Shown piece by piece: positions 53,835 through 64,000 of a stretch of DNA of 64,000 nt. Both the position numbers and the translations under genes were made by a program. Within the stretch, counting starts at the first letter, position 1; the number at the start of each line of letters is the position of its first letter. The stretch is from Eledone cirrhosa (taxonomy: Eukaryota): assembly GCA_964016885.1 (NCBI GenBank), contig OZ024761.1, positions 18,724,001-18,788,000 of the forward strand, in the 5' to 3' direction. A model generated the notes under the pieces. It searched no databases and was not told the DNA's origin. It saw nothing but the letters and a program-made list of their open reading frames with translations.

Positions 53835-55532
53835 GTCTAGTATAGGATTAATAAGTTTTAGTAACTTCATAGCTCTGGGTTTGATACCGCTGGACAAGTG
53901 TGGCCTATTAAACTTGAGACCAATACCAGGTGAGTAGAATTCTGTAGACATATATCATCATCATGCGAGCATGGGTTAGTTGAGGTTTCCTGTTGAGATA
54001 AGCTGGATCAGGTTACCATGTCTTGCTCATGCAGAACTGTTTCTGGCTTGGTTTCTACAGCTGGATCCCCTTCCATATCATCATCATCATCGTTTAATGT
54101 CCGTCTTCCACGCTAGCATGGGTCTGGATGGGAATTGTTCCACTTGAGGCAAGATTGGTTGTCTTGCTCGGGACTGTCTGGCGGGTTTTCTACGGCTGGA
54201 TGCCCTTCCTAACACCAACCACGTTTACAGTGTGGAGTGGGAACTTTTTACCGTGTTACCTACACGGCCACATTACAGCGTGGACTGTGTGTTTTTTTGT
54301 CGTGACACCTACTCGACCTCATTTATTTAGGACTGGATGTTGTGGTACCAACGTAGCTTTACATCGAAAGGGGTGGTGTAGATGGCGGTGGGGGTAGTGG
54401 GACGGGGGTGTATTTTGGTTAAGAGGTGCCTACTGATTGTAGGTTTCGCTTTGTACTTAGGCAAGGCGGGTCTTCTGTATTACTGCGTAGCGCCAAAGAT
54501 CTCGGTCCAGTGACATTGTCTTGGAGAGGTGTGTGAGGTTGGAATTTATCAAGTCATCCCAGGTTTTTCTGGGTCTGCCTACTCTGTAGCTACCGTCTAG
54601 CCAACCATATTTACAGTGTGGACCAGGTGCTTTTTATTGTAGCACCAACACAACCACTTTACACACACACACACAAAAAAGCAAGCAATCAAGCACAGGG
54701 CTTAATGAAATTTACTAAATTCCTACAAGGCAGTGATGCCCCAGTATGCCCACAGTCAATAAATGAAACTGGGAAAAGAATTAATGACAAAAAAATAACC
54801 AAGAAAACACTGGAAAAAGCTACAAAATACTTTATTTTTCTGAAATATTTTAGAAAACAAAAAGGAAAAAAAAAAAAAGAAACATTAAAGGATGTTTTTA
54901 TTTTTAACCTTTTGTTTGTTCCAAGGATAATGAAGTCGAAAATTAATCTTAATTTTGATTACTTAGTTTTAAAAAAAAACAACCTAAATTAATTTTTTTT
55001 ATAATGAATTCTCTGACAAAACCATTGTGGACGAATTTTAAGATGGATAACGAAAGGTAATAATAATTGTTTCTACTTTTGGCACAAGGCCAGCAATTAC
55101 CCAGTGTATTACTGGTACTTTATTTTATCGACCCCATAAGGATGAAAGGCAAAGTTAACCTCGGCGGGATTTGAACTCAGAATGGCAAGGGCCGTAACTA
55201 TGCGTCAAAGCATGGCATCTGACCCTCTACCGATACTGGCAATCCGCCGCCATGATAATAATAATAATGGTTTCTGATTCAGGCACAAGGCCAACAATTT
55301 TAGGGGAGGAGAAAGTCGATTAAAACAAAACCAGTGTATTACTGGTACTTTATTTTATTGACCTCGACAGGATTTCAATTCAGACCATAAAGGGCCGTAA
55401 CCCTATGCTGCAAAGCATGGTGTCCGACGCTCTACCGATTCTGCCAATCCACTGCCCTTAATAATAGTAGTAGTAATAATAATAATAATAATATGGTGAT
55501 GTTAAGTTGGTTTGTTGTTGTTGTTTTTCTTT

Positions 55533-62191
<6,659 letters not shown>

Positions 62192-64000
62192 CTGGAAGAA
62201 GATAAAAAGTCAACATTTTAGACAGAAATAGCAGACATCATGTAAAAGATTTTTTTAAGTGGTGGGGAAAAAAATTAACCCTTTAGCATTTACATTACTG
62301 CGGTAAAGGCATCGAATTTATGAGATTTTGATATTTATTTTAAGAACAATACCTTAACATCAGTATGAGTGGCCATTTACAGCTGGTTTGAACGGAAAGA
62401 GGTGAGAGAATCCTGGCCGAATACGGCTGGCTTAAACTTAACCCATTTGGTATCAAACTGCCTGAAACTGCCCTAGATGTATGGTACAAAACTCCCTCAT
62501 TCTGAAAGGGTTGAGGGTTCAACCCCCCATGTGTGCTGATACCCATCTTTTCCCATTCAGTGGGTTTATATGCTCCATTATTAGACTATGATGATGATTA
62601 TTTAATCAAAATGTTACGGTGAAGCTTCTATTTCTGTTTATTTAAAAAAACCTGACAGAAAAGTGCTTTTCTTTGGTTTATAAAGACCAGTAGTGAATTT
62701 CATCACTTCTAAAACTTACTGTAAAGCTGTAAAAACGTTTAATTACATGAACATTTCATATATTAACAGACGTGTCAATTCTCCCCATCCAACGGGGAGA
62801 TCTCTTGCCCACTTTGTGTAAATGGGTATAGCTTTCATTATGTAAAATCTTTCCCTCATAAGGCATTGGTTATTCAGAGTGCCATGTAATGTGATAGATC
62901 CTACGTCAGTAAGAGTGCAAAGTGAAACGACAGCCAAGCCTACAACAGCTGAATTTAAAAAATCTCATGTCTATAGATTACATATACACAAACCAGAGGT
63001 ACATGAAGTAAGAAAACTGACCTTTAGCCAAAAAGTCTCGATCAATACCAAAAGGATGTCCAGCTATGGCTCCACTGAAAAAGTAAGAAATATTTTAAAA
63101 TCATTCCCTGATTCTATGATACAAAACTTTGTTTTCAAATGTTTCTATTTATCTAAAAAACTTTCAACATAATTTTCTATGTAGAATCTTTGTGTTCCAA
63201 ACACCAGCTTAATAATGATTTCTACTTTAGGCACAAGGCCAGCAATTTGGGGAGAGTCGATTAAATCAACCCCAGTACATTACTGGTACTTTATTTTATC
63301 TACCCTGTAAGGATGAAAGGCAAAGCTAACCTCAACGGAATTTGAACTCAGAATGTAAAAGGCCTTAACTCAATGCCACAAAGCATGTTGTCCGATGCTG
63401 TACCAATACTGCAAAGCTAAGTTAGTTATATTACTATATTAAACTGTTTGTCTTAAAGTGTTTCTATTTATCTAAAAACCTTTCGAGATAATTCTATGTA
63501 TGAACATTTGTTAAGTTATGTTCCAAACACACCATCTTAATAATAAGAAAGTTAGTTATATTACTATACAAAAGTTTGCTTTAAAGTGTTTCTAATTATC
63601 TAAAAACCTTTCAACATAGTTCTATGTAAGAACCTTTGTTAAGTTATGTTCCAAACAATAAGTTAATAACTAGAAAGTTTGGTATATTAATAAATCATCC
63701 AAATTCTTGATTATTTTGAAAATGATAAACAATATCTTTCATTAGAAATATGGTAACGAAATGGTTAAAGTGTTTACATTTATCTAAAAACATTCCATCA
63801 TAATTTTATGTGAGAACTTTTGTTAAGTTATGTTCCATCTTAATAATGAGAAAGTTATATTACTAAATCCTTCCAAATTCTTGATTATTTTCAAAATCAT
63901 TTGAAAACCATAGACAGTGTATTTCATTAGAAATATGGTAATAGAAAGGTTAAATAAATTTCTTTTCACACCAATTGTTATGGAATCATACAGACAGAAG

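Overview
AT-rich, repeat-dense animal DNA, most likely a coleoid cephalopod (octopod). This is inferred from the tandem C2H2-ZNF genes, the SINE content and the (TA)n/(CA)n load. Four protein-coding genes are supported. (1) A five-coding-exon minus-strand gene (24763..17407, ~280 aa) encoding a bacterial-type PhnD/phosphonate-binding-like solute-binding protein, with a second intact, 55%-identical copy of its last exon at 9998..9817. (2, 3) Two single-coding-exon C2H2 zinc-finger genes on the plus strand. (4) The last eight coding exons of argininosuccinate lyase (ASL) on the minus strand. The remainder holds a 5'-truncated Neptune-type Penelope-like element, a DD37D mariner-like relic, RTE and CRE-like LINE fragments, two tRNA-derived SINE families, several MITEs and many minisatellites, including a 3.1-kb 50-bp array inside a hAT-type MITE. 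Also striking is a population of small (TA)n-embedded elements with minimal hammerhead-ribozyme folds, often as head-to-head palindromes, that share a TTGAGT(A/G)CT box. All homology calls come from motif recognition by eye; no searches were run.
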